A DNA stretch of 43,977 bases from a virus (IMGVR_UViG_3300042940_001755); one strand, 5' to 3'; shown: positions 1 to 13,600, counted from the stretch's first letter. The notes: generated by a model not told the origin, from the letters alone. Program-made: numbers and translations.

Positions 1-3000
1 TAAAGACGTGGTCCTTGCTCGTGTCATTGATCAGAACTACATGTCCACCGTCTGCTACTTCATCGATGAGCGTCCCGTCCAAGTAGAGGCTGTACAAATC
101 AGCACCGATGACGGTAACTGCCAATGAAGCTTTGCCATCTTTCTTTCTCACGATTGGAGGCTCTACTACGACAGTCAAGGCCTGCTCTATGCCTGATAAA
201 TCTATCGACGTACTTAACGTCTGTCCTGCCGCCACACGTTTATCGCTGAGCGGCGTGGCTTCTACCAACACTACACCGTCATGCAACGGACTTATGGTGG
301 CCTCGAACCTGACCTCATCAATTACTTCTCTAAAGGCGGAGGAGGTGACAACAACACGACTGAAAGAATAGCCGGATAGACTTCTTGGCTGGAGACGCAC
401 AACAAGCGAACCGCCCTGCAATCGCTGAATTTGCACACCAGCCAGCTCAACTGCAGTCAGCAATGTGTTGCGATGCGCAACCTCAGGCAAGACAAAATCG
501 GTAGTTGTGCGTTCCACAAATAGCACACGATCGAAGTACTGCGCAGAGATAGTGGCGACATTCTCTTGATCAAGTGTTGCAGAGATACAGCGTAACGGTA
601 CTGGTTTGTCATACTGTAATGTGGCGCTATCTAGAAAGAATAAATCACCGGGCTCTAGATACATTCTCGTCACTTTGTAAGAAAACTTGATCCCGAACTG
701 ATATCTCGACTGTCTTACTATTTCTTCGGCGCGAATCCATGCTTGCTGCTGCGTTGTAACTCCTGCCAAGTCGTAGTCAGCTGTGTTTTCGATTCGATTA
801 TCTTCCACTAAGAACTGCTCATAGACGGTAGACAACTCGCCTGTAACAGTAGTAAAGTTCGTCTCTTTCGCATCAGATCTCTTAGGAAACTCTACATAGT
901 GACTCTGATGAGAATGCCAAAGTAGCGCCAAAGATGAAGCACCTCTGATCGTGAAGGCGAAGTCAGTCGAAGTGGTTGAGGATGCCTTGCCTAGGTTCTT
1001 AATGTAATCCGTGGCGGCCTTATCTGCGTAAGAGACGCCCTGCCCATAATAAGATCGCCCAGCGCTACTAGGGAATGTGATAGTCACCTGCAACCAAGTC
1101 TCCTGGTTAGGCGTCACCGATAGCTTAATCGGCTCCATTACAGATCCAGTAACGCCTACCGTATTTTGGGCAAGCGCCTTATTCGCCAATCGCACGCAAT
1201 GCCCGCCATTTGTCAGCGTCCCATTGTGTACATCATCTTTCCACAGACCAGCTTGATCCACCTGCGCCCAATAACTGCCATCATGCGCACCTAGTATATA
1301 ACCTGCGACTAAGTGACCGCGAAAGTTTAGAGTGAGTGCGTCGAGGCCAGACGGCGTGTAGGCATGATCAGTAGAGCCGTTAGCACCTCTTATCCTGAAA
1401 ATCTGGTGAGGCCAGCTCTTAGAGGTCGCATCAGCCGTGTAGAAGCCATTAGTTCCCAGCTGAGACATTGTGTCACCATAACGTACATCCCACGCGTCAT
1501 CTATTTTTGAGCTATACTCATCGAGGCCAGCCATCATCGTGTAATCCCCTCCCTCTGCCTTAGGAGAGCGTGCCATTACAGCTGCCAGGCCAGTGGCAGT
1601 CACCGGAGAGCCTATTGCTTCTCCATACTTGGTAAATTCCTGTATAGTAACGGAGGTAGCGCCTGAAAAGAATACCGCGTCAAAAATAATCTGCGAGTCA
1701 GCCCCTGTTCTAAAGTTAACAATGAACGTCTCCGAGCTGGTATCGACTGGAAGGGTCACACCGTACTTATTCAAAAGTTCAAAGACTAAAGAATTCTCCA
1801 CAAGATGCGTGCGTTGCGTCTTTCTCCACGAATTAGAGCCGCTGATACCGGACGTAAACTCAAATTGTGCTCTATGTGTCCAGTTACTTGTAGGCGTTTG
1901 CGATTGTACGACGTTCGAGTAGGTCTGCGATAAAATCGACATCGGCCACTCGATGGAGTCTTCTTTGAAGTTAACTCCCTCATTTCTGAAATGCACCGCG
2001 CACTTATTGAGCTTGCTGGCTGCTTCTGGCCATACAATCTCGATTTGCTGATCTAGCGTGAGTTCGTCGTCAGTTATCGTAGGGACATTAGCGAAGGCAG
2101 CTGCCTCTTGCTCATCATTTACAAAATGAGAAAGTCTGAGCTTATACTGGCCTCCACTCCAAATGAGAATAGCACCAGTCATCGTAGAAAGGATCTTTTC
2201 AATATTGTCCCGGATGGACTTACCTGTATCTACGACTAAATTGCACTCGAACAAGCGAATCTTACGCGAGACGACATCTCTTCCAGTTTTAGAGAAAAAC
2301 AAACCAGCAGTTGTAAATGTTGCACCATTATCGATGAATCTATCGCAGATCTCCGCAGCAGCTGCAAATGAAGCCACATCCACCTCGGACAAGGGCACAC
2401 CTGCTCCATATGTCACATTTGTTAAGTAATCAAGAAGAACCCACGCAGAATTAGAAATATTAGATGCCACACCGAGTTCCGCACCTGCCGTTGAGTACGC
2501 CTTTACGGGCTGCCCCGTCACTAGAAATTGAAACTCTGGTGCACTACTGAATTGAGGTCGAACATCGTCGATTTTTGTTAGCAAGTCTGCAGCAGCTATT
2601 CCATGGAATAGCTCATTACTACCATTCGGAGCGAAAGGTGCTTCCGACGCGTTGCCGCCTAGCTTAATCGCGCCCACCCAAGATTTAGATGGGATGTCTT
2701 TGTAGTCGTTCAAGCTGCTATTAGGCTGGGCGCAGTACGTGGATATTGAGGAGTCATTTTCCTCTAGCATTACTCTTACAAGCGATGACAGCGGTGCATG
2801 CGCGAGGGCGATTGGTGTGCGTAAGATATTGTTGGGCGGCGCATTAACGCTAACACCGGCCTTAAAGCGCGTTGTCTCGTGGCTCTCAGGATGGACGTAT
2901 TGCCAATAAGTCGAAGTCTTCGTCAAGTCGACGTCGCTTCTCACTGAAGCAGAGGCTCTGATCCCTGCAATCTTTCCACGGCCATATACGACAGGCAGAG

Positions 3001-3166
3001 GGCCCGGTGTTCCGTCAATAGTGACATCCACAGAAGACGTTAGCGATGACATTGCAACGTTTTCACCCTGCGACGATGGTTTTCGCGGCTTAGGCGCCGA
3101 GACCATCTTGTAAATCGTCATCGCAATCGAGATGACTGCCATGATTATTGAGACTGGATCAGTCAT
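1..3166 (-). CDS. Tail tip / central fibre protein (lambda gpJ-like), partial: runs off the window at position 1 (>=1055 aa)
   Basis: Absent from the ORF track because it has no stop in the window. ATG at 3166-3164 overlaps the upstream TAA (TAATG). Manual translation of segments: MTDPVSIIMAVISIAMTIYK...PLPVVYGRGKIAG; SNSAWVLLDYLTNVTYGAG...SFAAAAEICD; RLFECNLVVDTGKSIRDNIEKILSTMTGAILIWSGGQYKL, typical of J-like tip proteins. Position after tape measure and minor tail genes. Confidence 0.85.
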   Translation of the reverse strand, partial: MTDPVSIIMAVISIAMTIYKMVSAPKPRKPSSQGENVAMSSLTSSVDVTIDGTPGPLPVVYGRGKIAGIRASASVRSDVDLTKTSTYWQYVHPESHETTRFKAGVSVNAPPNNILRTPIALAHAPLSSLVRVMLEENDSSISTYCAQPNSSLNDYKDIPSKSWVGAIKLGGNASEAPFAPNGSNELFHGIAAADLLTKIDDVRPQFSSAPEFQFLVTGQPVKAYSTAGAELGVASNISNSAWVLLDYLTNVTYGAGVPLSEVDVASFAAAAEICDRFIDNGATFTTAGLFFSKTGRDVVSRKIRLFECNLVVDTGKSIRDNIEKILSTMTGAILIWSGGQYKLRLSHFVNDEQEAAAFANVPTITDDELTLDQQIEIVWPEAASKLNKCAVHFRNEGVNFKEDSIEWPMSILSQTYSNVVQSQTPTSNWTHRAQFEFTSGISGSNSWRKTQRTHLVENSLVFELLNKYGVTLPVDTSSETFIVNFRTGADSQIIFDAVFFSGATSVTIQEFTKYGEAIGSPVTATGLAAVMARSPKAEGGDYTMMAGLDEYSSKIDDAWDVRYGDTMSQLGTNGFYTADATSKSWPHQIFRIRGANGSTDHAYTPSGLDALTLNFRGHLVAGYILGAHDGSYWAQVDQAGLWKDDVHNGTLTNGGHCVRLANKALAQNTVGVTGSVMEPIKLSVTPNQETWLQVTITFPSSAGRSYYGQGVSYADKAATDYIKNLGKASSTTSTDFAFTIRGASSLALLWHSHQSHYVEFPKRSDAKETNFTTVTGELSTVYEQFLVEDNRIENTADYDLAGVTTQQQAWIRAEEIVRQSRYQFGIKFSYKVTRMYLEPGDLFFLDSATLQYDKPVPLRCISATLDQENVATISAQYFDRVLFVERTTTDFVLPEVAHRNTLLTAVELAGVQIQRLQGGSLVVRLQPRSLSGYSFSRVVVTSSAFREVIDEVRFEATISPLHDGVVLVEATPLSDKRVAAGQTLSTSIDLSGIEQALTVVVEPPIVRKKDGKASLAVTVIGADLYSLYLDGTLIDEVADGGHVVLINDTSKDHVF

Positions 3167-3786
3167 TACCCACGCCCCCACGCTGCTACAGCGCCTCTAG
3201 AGTTAACGTAAACACTGTCAGCGCATCTGTCCAACTCATTATGCGCACGCACCCTTGGTGAAGAAAAGTATCTCCCATTTTTTCTGTCTAAAGCCTGCAT
3301 GGGACTTCCTAATGAGATTTGGACAATAAGTTCCCCGAATTCACCGCAAGACATTCTAGTGACGACAGCGGTAGTTTTTCCCCGATATACTGTCAAGAAC
3401 TCGTCAGCCGACGTAGGAATGCTACCATCGTCTGTGAAAACAGCCAGTACAGTGGCGAAGCGGCCTGTCAGCCCCCAAGAATTCTCAGCTAGTAGACTTA
3501 GCCGTAAATCCGTAGACTCTATCTTATATGTCTCTCTGTCGACTGATGAGGTCATTCTCGGCGGCTCTAGACTCTTTAAAGTCCCGTCCGCTGTGAAGAT
3601 GAGGTCTCCAGCGCCAGGCAGATTTAGCGCAGTACGCGTAGCCTCAGGCATCTCGTAATCATCGAAATGTGACGAAGTTGCGTATATTGCTGTGTTATCA
3701 AGATCGAAAATAACGAGAAACAGCACAGCGTAAGCGCCCATGCCGGCTGATAGTAGATTCTTCGAACGATCTGATACTGTGATCAT
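3166..3786 (-). CDS. Minor tail / tail tip assembly protein (gpL-like position), 206 aa
   Basis: ORF coupled on both sides (ATGA and TAATG overlaps), between the Dit-like and J-like genes. Function is inferred from synteny. Confidence 0.6.
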   Translation of the reverse strand: MITVSDRSKNLLSAGMGAYAVLFLVIFDLDNTAIYATSSHFDDYEMPEATRTALNLPGAGDLIFTADGTLKSLEPPRMTSSVDRETYKIESTDLRLSLLAENSWGLTGRFATVLAVFTDDGSIPTSADEFLTVYRGKTTAVVTRMSCGEFGELIVQISLGSPMQALDRKNGRYFSSPRVRAHNELDRCADSVYVNSRGAVAAWGRG

Positions 3787-4652
3787 AAAGCCTCCACAAG
3801 TTTAATAGTGCCGCAGTCCATCAAAATGCCGTCATCATATGCCATTCCTGTCACTGTATCTGAGTCGAAATAACAATTTGCAACAACATTGAGAATGCGG
3901 ATAGAAGAGATAGTTCCGGAAAGGCGTAGTTCAGGGAACAAAATCAAGTGATTACTTTGCACTTCCTTGACCATGTACACCTTAGAGGTGTTATTTAGCT
4001 GAACAAACCAACCCGGCACAAGTCGCCAATCAGCTGCAGTAGCCTCCGGGACTACGATATGGTTTGCGAGTGGCGCCCTTGTACATGGCACAGTCTCAGG
4101 GGCGCCGTCTTTGTCATAATTCGAAGGGAAGTGAACCTTGCAGGGAGTGCTAGCAGCAGCTAACAGCTTCGCTGGATCTCCATTCTGTGATGCGTTTACT
4201 GTGATTCCCTGTGAAGGGTGAGAAGCGCTAGCAGGCACAACAGGATAGTAACCTTGCCCTGCTGAAGTCGCTACGAATAGAAAATCAACGCCTGGCGCGA
4301 CTTGTGTCAGCCTGTCCGGGATTGTTATAGTCGCTCGTGCCCCATTACGCGCGGAGATAGCGTCATAATCGTACTCCTTGCGCATCGCCATAATGGCGCC
4401 ATAGTTCTGAGGGAATGCTACTTGTGTCTGTGTGTGATACCCTTTCGTAACAAGTTCAACCATCAGCTCGTTAGCATCAACGAGCAACGGTGTCAATTTT
4501 GTAGAGATCTCCCAACGTTGGGCTCCTCTGCGCAATACAATTCGCTTGAGAGAAAGGGTATCCGTTTGAAACACAGGGTTATTGCTGCGGACAGTCAATG
4601 GGACTGTAAATTCCGCAATAACATCAGTGCCTCTTAGGATACCGTATTTCAT
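3783..4652 (-). CDS. Distal tail (Dit/gpM-like) protein, 289 aa
   Basis: First gene after the tape measure; N-terminal TDTLSLKR...GAQRWEI pattern resembles siphovirus distal-tail proteins. Mainly synteny. Confidence 0.55.
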   Translation of the reverse strand: MKYGILRGTDVIAEFTVPLTVRSNNPVFQTDTLSLKRIVLRRGAQRWEISTKLTPLLVDANELMVELVTKGYHTQTQVAFPQNYGAIMAMRKEYDYDAISARNGARATITIPDRLTQVAPGVDFLFVATSAGQGYYPVVPASASHPSQGITVNASQNGDPAKLLAAASTPCKVHFPSNYDKDGAPETVPCTRAPLANHIVVPEATAADWRLVPGWFVQLNNTSKVYMVKEVQSNHLILFPELRLSGTISSIRILNVVANCYFDSDTVTGMAYDDGILMDCGTIKLVEAL

Positions 4653-4658
4653 ACCGAG

Positions 4659-7600
4659 TTAACTCCTATAGTTAGACTCTTTGTTGTTGTTGTTCACTCC
4701 TTGAGTAATATCAGGGAGCATCTTGTAAATCTCAGATCTTGTTTGGCGACTGATATCTCCGGTGATGTTCATATTGACTACACTGGACTTATTACTCACT
4801 GCCTTTTCGCCAGCCTTTGCTGCAGCTGTGTTGGACGCCATTGTGGGCGTTGTCAAGATCGCAGGAGAGGTAGGTATTGAACCAACACCGCCACCCATTG
4901 CTCTCTTTATAACAGAACCACTATTGATAGCCTTTAGCAAGCCAGCGTGCTGAGCAGTTGCTTTAGCATTCACTACAAATTCGCCATTAGATAGCAGCGC
5001 GGGAATGCTGTCAGAAGTAGAAGTGCCTGGTCCAGATACATGGCCTCCATCGGCAAACATACCCATGAACATTCCGCCAAGTCCTGACAAGCCGTCCATG
5101 ATGCCACCACCAGCGCCACCTAGTAAGTCACCTATACCCCCTAGTGCACCTGATAGACCGTCCATAATACCGCTCATAGCGCCTGACAGACCGTCCATAA
5201 GACCGTCCATCAATCCACTAAGACTGTCCATCAGACCACCTAGCATATCGTCCATCATGGTCGTCATGTCATCCATCATCGTTGACAATCCAGAGAACAT
5301 TCCTTGGTCTGGCTGCATAGGTCCTACGAAGCTATCTGCGCTACTACCGCCTCCGAACAGAGAAGACAATCCGCCGCCACCCTTTCCGCCGCCCAGTACA
5401 GAGCTCAAAGAACTATTCTGTGCAGTGATTCCATCCGGCAATGCACTTGAAAGTGCTGACTGGATGTCAGGAGAGGCGTTCATGAAATCAGCAGTCTTTT
5501 CAATAGGCACTCTGGTCAGACCACTGGCAGCATCTCCTCCTCCGCCATCAAACCAACTTGAGATTGAATCACCAATACCACTGAAGAATCCAGAGTCAGG
5601 TTTTGTCATCTCATCTAGCTTGCTGGTCAATCCCTTGGCATCCACTGGTGACATCATTGCTGATGTTGTAGTCTTTCCTGTGAACTTATCCAAGGTATCA
5701 GTCAAGCTGCCTTCTGCAGCAGCGACAGGGCTCATGTCTACGGATGTATCTGGCGAAGTAATACCTAGCCAATCAGTGATACCGCTGAACATTCCTTTGT
5801 CGCCCTTAGTGGTTGGCAGAGCCTTCGACATAGCGGACGAAATACCATCAGCAACACCACCTTTACCGCCACCCATCAGCATGAGAGCTGCCTTCTGTAA
5901 CTCTTTAGCAGCCTTCTCTAACTCAGCATTAGCAGAGCTAGCGTTGATAGAACCTACCAGCGACATTATAGGAGATGCAAGACTCATTGCAGTACCGATG
6001 AAGCCTCCTTCAGCGCGATGTACAAGCTCGCTGCCGGAGTTGATAGCCTGTAATAGACCAGCATGTTTGCGCGTAGCTTTGGCATTTACCACAAACTCGC
6101 CATCAGATAACATTGCAGGAATACTATCAGACTTAGAAGTGCCTGGTCCGGATACATGGCCGCCTTCAGCAAAACCCAGGGATGACCAAATACTAGCGAT
6201 ACCACCGACTAAGCCGCCTGTGCCGTCCATGTTCTCACCCATGATCATCTTCTTAAGGAAGCCCCAGATGCCATTGTCTCCGATAAGCCAGTCTAGCATT
6301 CCTCCTTCGCCCTCTTTTGTTTTAGAGGAGAAGATATTTGCAATAGAACCGTTCTTACCTAAGAAGCCGTCATCACCGATGAGCCAGTCGAACATGCCGT
6401 CTGATTTACCAGCTATTACAGACTTCATACCGTCATCTAGCCATGGATTGCCACCTGCAGACTTGATACTACTAGTAAGCTCACCTCTACTCTTCTCAGT
6501 GAAAAGATCAGATAAGAATGAAGAAGTTTTGTCAGATTTACTATCGAAGAGAGAGGCGTTGAATGGGTCAAAGTCTTCTCCAGAAGAGCCAAACAAGGTG
6601 TTTATATTACCTATGTCTGCTTTCCCGTAGCCTGCCCCTTTCAGTACATCTTGACTAATACCGTTCTTGAGAAGATATCCAGCGCCTATGACACCTGCCC
6701 CGCCTAACAGCCAAGGTGCAACGGATCCTATAGTGTCCATGATACCGCCGCTAGAAGCTGCTGCTGCTGCTGCTGCCCCGACACCTCCAGCACCCATCAA
6801 TCCTACAGATGCAGCAAATTTATCTACTGCAGAGCTGAAGGTATCTTCCGGAGTTTTACCTACGAGACTTCCACCTCCAAGGCCTGATAGTAAATCACCA
6901 ACACCAGGGATACTTCCCAGCAAACTTCCTGGTCCGGCGAACAACATGCTACCAGTTCGCTCCATCATCTTATCCATCATGCCGCCTCTTCCGAAGCCGA
7001 AAGAAGCTGCGAGACCTTTGGACAATGTATCTGTTACATGACCGGTGAAGCCATCTAGCATTTTCTTGCCAATACCTTTAGTATTGCCTTCTAGTAAATC
7101 TTTGAAGGTAGACTCAGCGAAGCCTTTCATTCCATCCTTGAAGGACTTACCGGCATTCTCAATAGACTTAGCATTCTCCATAATTGAAGTTGTAAGGCTT
7201 TCAAGACCAGACTGATACTGTAATAAAGCTTCTTGAGCCTTAGCCGCATCTTCAGCGTTGGTGGCACTGTCTAATGCCTCTTTAGCAAGCTTAATCTGCT
7301 CTGCGAATGTTGTAAGCTCCGCTGATTGTGCGATGTCTGCTAAGTTGTAAGCAATAGGCTCAATGCCTAAACCTTCGTTCCCGGTAGCTACTCTGCGCTT
7401 TGCATGAAAATCACTTTTGTAAGCTTCAAAGTCTGCCTCGTACTGTGCAACTGAGCGATCATACGGCTTCTCGCGAGTAACTCTACCTGCGAGATGTTGA
7501 GTCTCGTCTGCCGCACGCTCTTTGATGTTTATAACTGTATCCACTAATTGCTCAGAGGACGCAGCTACTTGGTTGCTTACTTCTTGGAAGGAAGCATTTA

Positions 7601-10600
7601 TCAATTCAGCAGGTTTCTTCGCAGCTTCTTTGATTGACACAGCAGCTTTAGCAGTCTCGTCAGGAACGGCGTACTTGTTACGTGCAGCAGCCTTTCCACG
7701 CACATTGAGCTTACTAAGATCAGAAGCGTAGTGTGTTGAAGCACCGGCATAGCCTGCAGCCTGCAACTCTTTGAAGTACTGATTCACATCACCGGCTTTG
7801 GCAGCAATAACTGCCTTAGCGTAACGAGGAGCCTTTTGAATAAGCGCCACATAATCCGCTAAAGAATCCTCTAAGCTTTCGTAAGCTCTGAAGTAGCCGC
7901 CATCGGTAGCTGGTCGCGCAGATCTGCCACCCTTCCAGTTCTTTGTAGCCTTGATGTTAAACAGATTATTAGTACTACCACCGCCCTCTTTGGTGCGAAT
8001 GGCCTTTCCCCAGCCTGTTTCCCAAGCTGATTGTGCCACTAACGCATCTGCAGGTAGCCCCAACTTGTCAGCGTAGGGTTTTGCCCGCGTGAGCATATCC
8101 TGCGCAAAAGGTGTAGACTTGTGAATTGCGTAGTCTGTCTTCTCTAGCTTAGCAGGAGCTGTGTCTACAGCAGGAACAGCCGTCGCAGGCTTTGCTTGTA
8201 ACATTGAAGTCCAGCTAAGGATCGCCTTCGTGTTCTCTTCCGTGGCTGTGCTGTTCAACTGAAGAGGCGATAGCGATGCCTTGTATGCATCACCCCACTT
8301 AGCTGTGAAATCATCTCCGCCTATCTTAGATAGTGTATCTGAGATTTCTTTTGCAGTACTGCCATTCTTGAACATTGAATCAGCAGTATCAGCGAGGACA
8401 GGTGTCAGCGTCATGCTATCTAGCGCATCATACACCCTCTGCAAGTCTGCTTCAGCTGTGAAGGCTGCCTTGTCAGCAGCTGGCACAAAACTATACTCTG
8501 CTCGTGACAGATTCAAGTTAGGTTTTGCTGCAGTAACTCTGTCGTAGTTGGCCTTTCCACTTTCACGTTTAGAATTGGCCACATCCTTTGCGATAGTGTC
8601 CAGACCTGACAAGATTGCTGCATCGTCCTTTAAGATCTCCATCTGAGCTGTCAAGCTTTTCCAGAGGTCAGGGTTAGACATCGCATCACTTAACGCTATC
8701 TCGAATCCATTCGCTACGTTAATGAGAGTGTTCATCAATGAAGACGATACTCTGCCAAAAGAGCTCTCGTCAAAAGACAATGAGAGCGCCGATTTAGCAG
8801 ACTCAAAACCAGCCTTAAGGGATTGATATTGCTTAGTCAGCAATAATTTCGCTCTCTCTACAACTGCGCCTTCCTTCATCGCTCTCTTGAACGAGGCTTC
8901 ATCACTCGCTGCGGCTAAGTCAACCTTAGCTCTGCGTCCTGCTCTGAATAAAGCGAATGGTAACTTTCCATCAAGCTTAGACATCGCAGCAGCTGTAGTT
9001 ACGCCGATATCGGAGAAGGCCTGCGCCATCTCATCACCGGTAAGTGCCAGGCTCGCATTAAGCATCTGCACTTCAAGTGTTAAGCGATGAACTTCTAGAG
9101 AGCGAGTCACCCATTCAGAGACGCTAGTTGATTTGCCTCTGTCCTTCTCTGCAGCTGTAAGTGCCGCGCCTGCTGCATACATCTGAGGACTCATCCCCTG
9201 ATTAGCGGCAACTTTAGCATCATCAAAGCCAGCCTTTCCCATCGCTTCGGTTATTTTACTACCGATTCTGTGGTAAATGCTTTCAGTGATTTTAGAGCTC
9301 TCTTCGATTATCTTGAACTTCTCAGCCAACAATGCTGCAGACTGCTCAGGCAACAACTCAGAATTCTTCAATTTAGACTCAATAATCTCTATATCAGTGG
9401 CCGCTTTATCCAGCGCAGCTAGCTGTTCTTTGCTCAAGAACTGCAGAGACTCACCAGTAATTGTAGAGTCAATCGAGTTGACAGCAGCTAACAATGGCTG
9501 ATAGTCTGGAATCTTGATAGACTCCATGATAGCCTTGACACGTTTTGCCGAAGCCTCGAATGCCGACTTATCCACACCTTTAGAGAATTGCTGAATCAAC
9601 ATCTCTCTCTGAATCTTAGCTGATGCATCCTGCGCAGCATTGGCACCATAACGAGCATTGACTCTCGAAGGGTCTATTGAGTTTGACTCAAAGACCGATT
9701 GGTTGTTGAGTGCTCTGGCCGCAGCATTTCCGTTCACTTTATCGAAGATGTCGTTGGCGGCTTTGCTTCTGAGCTTGCTGGCATACTCTGGGTCACTAGC
9801 TGCCTTCTCTTTATCAGCAACAGATAGTGCCATTTGTTTCTGCATCTCAGTGAAAGCAGTCATTGCCTTCTCGTACCCTTCAAAGTCAGGCACACTTGTC
9901 TTAGTAAAGCCGCTCCGTGTCCACTGAGACTTACCTTCCTTAGTGAAGTCTTCCTGGCGAGGCATGTCTGGCATGGCTTCTTGTTTAGAGATCTCTGGTG
10001 CATCGAGTCTTGCGAGCGTATCAGAGACACCCTTCAAGATGTCTTTGACTGCTGCAGATTCCTTATCGCCTAGAGCAATGTGGCCTGCAGGCAACTCGAT
10101 CCCTACTTTACCACTAAGATTCGCTAACGTAGAAGACAACTTACTACCTGCTAACGCACCCCACTCAATAGCACGATCAGCTTCTTGCTTGGCGTACATT
10201 TTAGCACGAGCACTCTCATCATGCACTCTAGCACTAGCTGCCATATCAGGGGCTGCAAGCTCTTTTGACAACGCTGCGCGTTTCTTCATTATGTCAGCAG
10301 TGTCAGCGCGGAATTGTGCATCATCGTACTCGACACCAGTTGCCATCTCTGGCACTGCGTACTCAGAATATGCTGTCACATCTGCATACTCTTGACGTTG
10401 CTGTTCATTCCATGCTGGCCGATTCATCGTGACATATTTAGGGTCATCCTTCTTAGGGAGCACCAGCCCTGCAGCCTTGAACATATCCTCTGTAACTGCC
10501 TTCGCAGGCGTGTCACCGGAATTTCTGTCCTTTAGCTTCTTGGTCCAATAATCGAGTGCGAAGGTGGCTTGGCTTAGTTGATTTCTTAAGTCCTCAGTGG

Positions 10601-13600
10601 CTGATGTAACATCCCAGTCAATCTTCAGATCAACCTTAGACATCCTGTTACCGAGTTCAGTCAGCTCTTTCCCAAACAAAATCGATTGTTGACTTACCGC
10701 AACTTCTGCATCAATCCTGGCCTGTAACGCAGCCATTATCGCCAACCCTTCTTTGGAAGTAGCCTCTAACTGTGCATTACTTCTCTGTCCCCACAACGAG
10801 CCTGTACTGCCCTCTGCCATATTGTCGCGAAGCTCTTTCATCGCAGCGAAGGTAGTAGCGCTGACACCGTTTATTGCGGTAGTTAAGTTAGGAGTGACGC
10901 TGTTAGTGGCGCTTGATTTAGCGACTCTCTCAAATAGCTCAACACCCTTCTTGACGCCATCAAATAGCTCGATGCCCTTTCTTGCTTCTTTCCAGTCCTT
11001 CTGAGACTGAGCGCCTCTGCCTAGTTTTGCTGAGGCAAATGTACCTGGATTCTCTAGAATCGCCTTTGCATAATCTGCGTTGGAGAATCCTTCGAATTTC
11101 TCAAATGACTTGATATCAGGCATCTTGCCTTTGAAGTCGAAGCGGGTTTCGCTGAGGGCACGCGCATATTGGCGTTCTAAGTTGCCTAACTTACGCTGAG
11201 TCGCATCTCTGTCGGCAGGAGTAATCTCCTCTCCTTCATCAACTTTCTTCTTCAGCTCAGACATTGACTCATAGAACTTATCAAAAGCACCTTCCAACTT
11301 ATTACGTTGCTTAGGCGATAAGATGTCCATATTGATACGGGTCATGTCATAGTTCAGGCTAAAGTTATTATCTTTAGCGAAAGCTGTCATTGGTGCATCT
11401 AGCCCATCACCTGTATTCTTTCTCAGCTTCGTTCCCATGCCGATGATTTCTTTCATCTTGTGCATGGCCTGGTCCATTCTCTCTGACAAGGTACCGTTTC
11501 CGCTGAAATACGCCCACAATAGCCCGCCACTTACCACCAATAGACCAAACATTCCCGCGAGACCAGTGCTCAGAATAGGTGTTATCTTTGTAATCAAACC
11601 GCCGATAAGATTCCATCCAATAAGGCCGCCAATTAACGTAGCCTCTGTGCCATAATCTTTCAATCCGAACAACTCAGTAGTTGCGAAGCCGGCTGCAAAT
11701 GCCATACCAGCTGTTGCACCAATCTTTGTCATCATCGGCATAGCTTTGCCCATCATCGTGGCAGGCATATACGTTAGCGGACTAGCTGCCATTGCAGCCG
11801 CAGCACGAGCTGTAAAGCTGCCTACAACAGGGGCAACAGGAGGGGCACCAGCTGCATGATAGGCTCTTCCCCCAAACATAGTAGGTGCACCTACGTATCC
11901 GGGCATGCCGGGCGCTAAAGGGCCCACGAACGCTTGTTGTACATTGAAGGCAGCTAAAGATGCGGTCTGCGCCACTCTCGCTACTTCCGCAGCTGCTCTG
12001 ATTTCACCCCAGTAGAGAACAGCCTTTCTGGCGCCAACAGCAAACACGCCGAAAGCTGCCACTGAGAGTGTTTCTAATGACATCAACTCAGAGAAGAATC
12101 CTTTAGGCACACCCCCTTGGTCCTCTGTCTTTGACATCTTCAACCCAGTAAAGATCGCAGCGGCGATAATACCGCCGATCGCTAATCCCCAAGGTGAAGC
12201 TGCCTTTCCGAGCATACCGAGTAACCCGTCAGTCAATGTTCTTCCAAACAAGACCAGCGCACCTGCAGCAGCTCTTATGAATATATGGCCTATTGAATCA
12301 GGATCAATCGCGCTGTCAAATGCGCCGAGTAGATCTGCAGCTAATAGTGCGCCACCTGCCATTCTTACACCTGCAGAAGACTTAGTGGCGACAACAGGAG
12401 CAGCACCTCTGTAAGGCGCATTTCTATTGAAGCCAGCATTCATAGGTCCGATGAATGTAGGCGTACCGACAGATCCAGGTACTCTTGGGCCTACGAAGTT
12501 ATTACTCGCTTGCATCGGATTCAGCTCTCTACGAGCGATCCTTGCTTCGGCGGCTAATTGCTTCATTCTAACACCCCAGAACCCGAAGCCGCCGACTAGA
12601 GCACCGATAAGCCCCCATGTAGCTAATTTCTTGCTTTGGTCTAAGAAACTAAACATGCTTTTGAAGAAGTCGCCAGTAGCTGAAGAGATACTGTGTAATT
12701 TGTCTAGATAGCCGCTATTGTCAATGTTAAGCGCATCACCTACGCTCTCCCCAATGTTGTTCATCAAAGGTGCTAGCGCATCTTCACTGCTCAGCTTCGC
12801 TAGGACGGTAAATAAAGAGCCTATCAATACAGCTGCAACCCTTGTTTGCATAGAGAAGAATTGCACACCAGCTGCTAACTTAGCGAATCCACTTGTAGCA
12901 GGGCGAAGCGCTAAACCGATAAGAGCTGTCCCTGAGGCACCACTAAGGATAGCGGCCTCTGACACCCTGGCAAGAAATCCAAATATCTTCAGCAATGCCA
13001 CACCACCGATTAAGGCAGTATCTATCATTACAAAGTTATCCCAGATGACAGATGTGACTTCTTTGATAGCGTCTAGCCCACTTTTGAGAGGGCCTCTGAT
13101 ATCTTCCATCATCTTCTTGTAGGGCGACTCAGTAGGCTTAACGTCTACTTTGACCGTTTGATCTTCTGCAGCAAATGCCCCCATTGAAGCAAACAATCCT
13201 GCGAGCATTGCTACCACAGTAAGCGGTCTTACTAATGACGACATCGCTCTGGCAAACGCACCTCCTGCAGTCGTAGAAGTCCTCATTGTGTTAGCTAGCG
13301 ATTGCAGCCCAGCGACCATAGGGCCGATGACAGGCGTTGTAGCTACTATCGATCCAAGACTAGTTCTGATTGAATGTCGACCAGCTCGTTCTGCAGCAAT
13401 CAAAGCCATCTGCCAAGCAGGGATAGCAGCCCTTAAGGCCGGTGGGATTGAACCAACACTTCTTCCTAGCAGCAAAGCTTCCATGAAGGTACGTGTGCCT
13501 GGTCGCATAAGAGCAGCCGCTCTTGTGGTGAACAAGTCATGTACCCCAGAAATCATTGCACTTGCAACCGAGATCATGCTGGCTCTTGGTCCTGCGGTGG

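Noticed and set aside
5005-6630. 541-aa plus-strand ORF and the many other plus-strand ORFs in the track
   Set aside because: They lie antisense to well-supported minus-strand genes, have Pro/Ser/Ile-rich shadow-frame composition, and show no recognisable domains.
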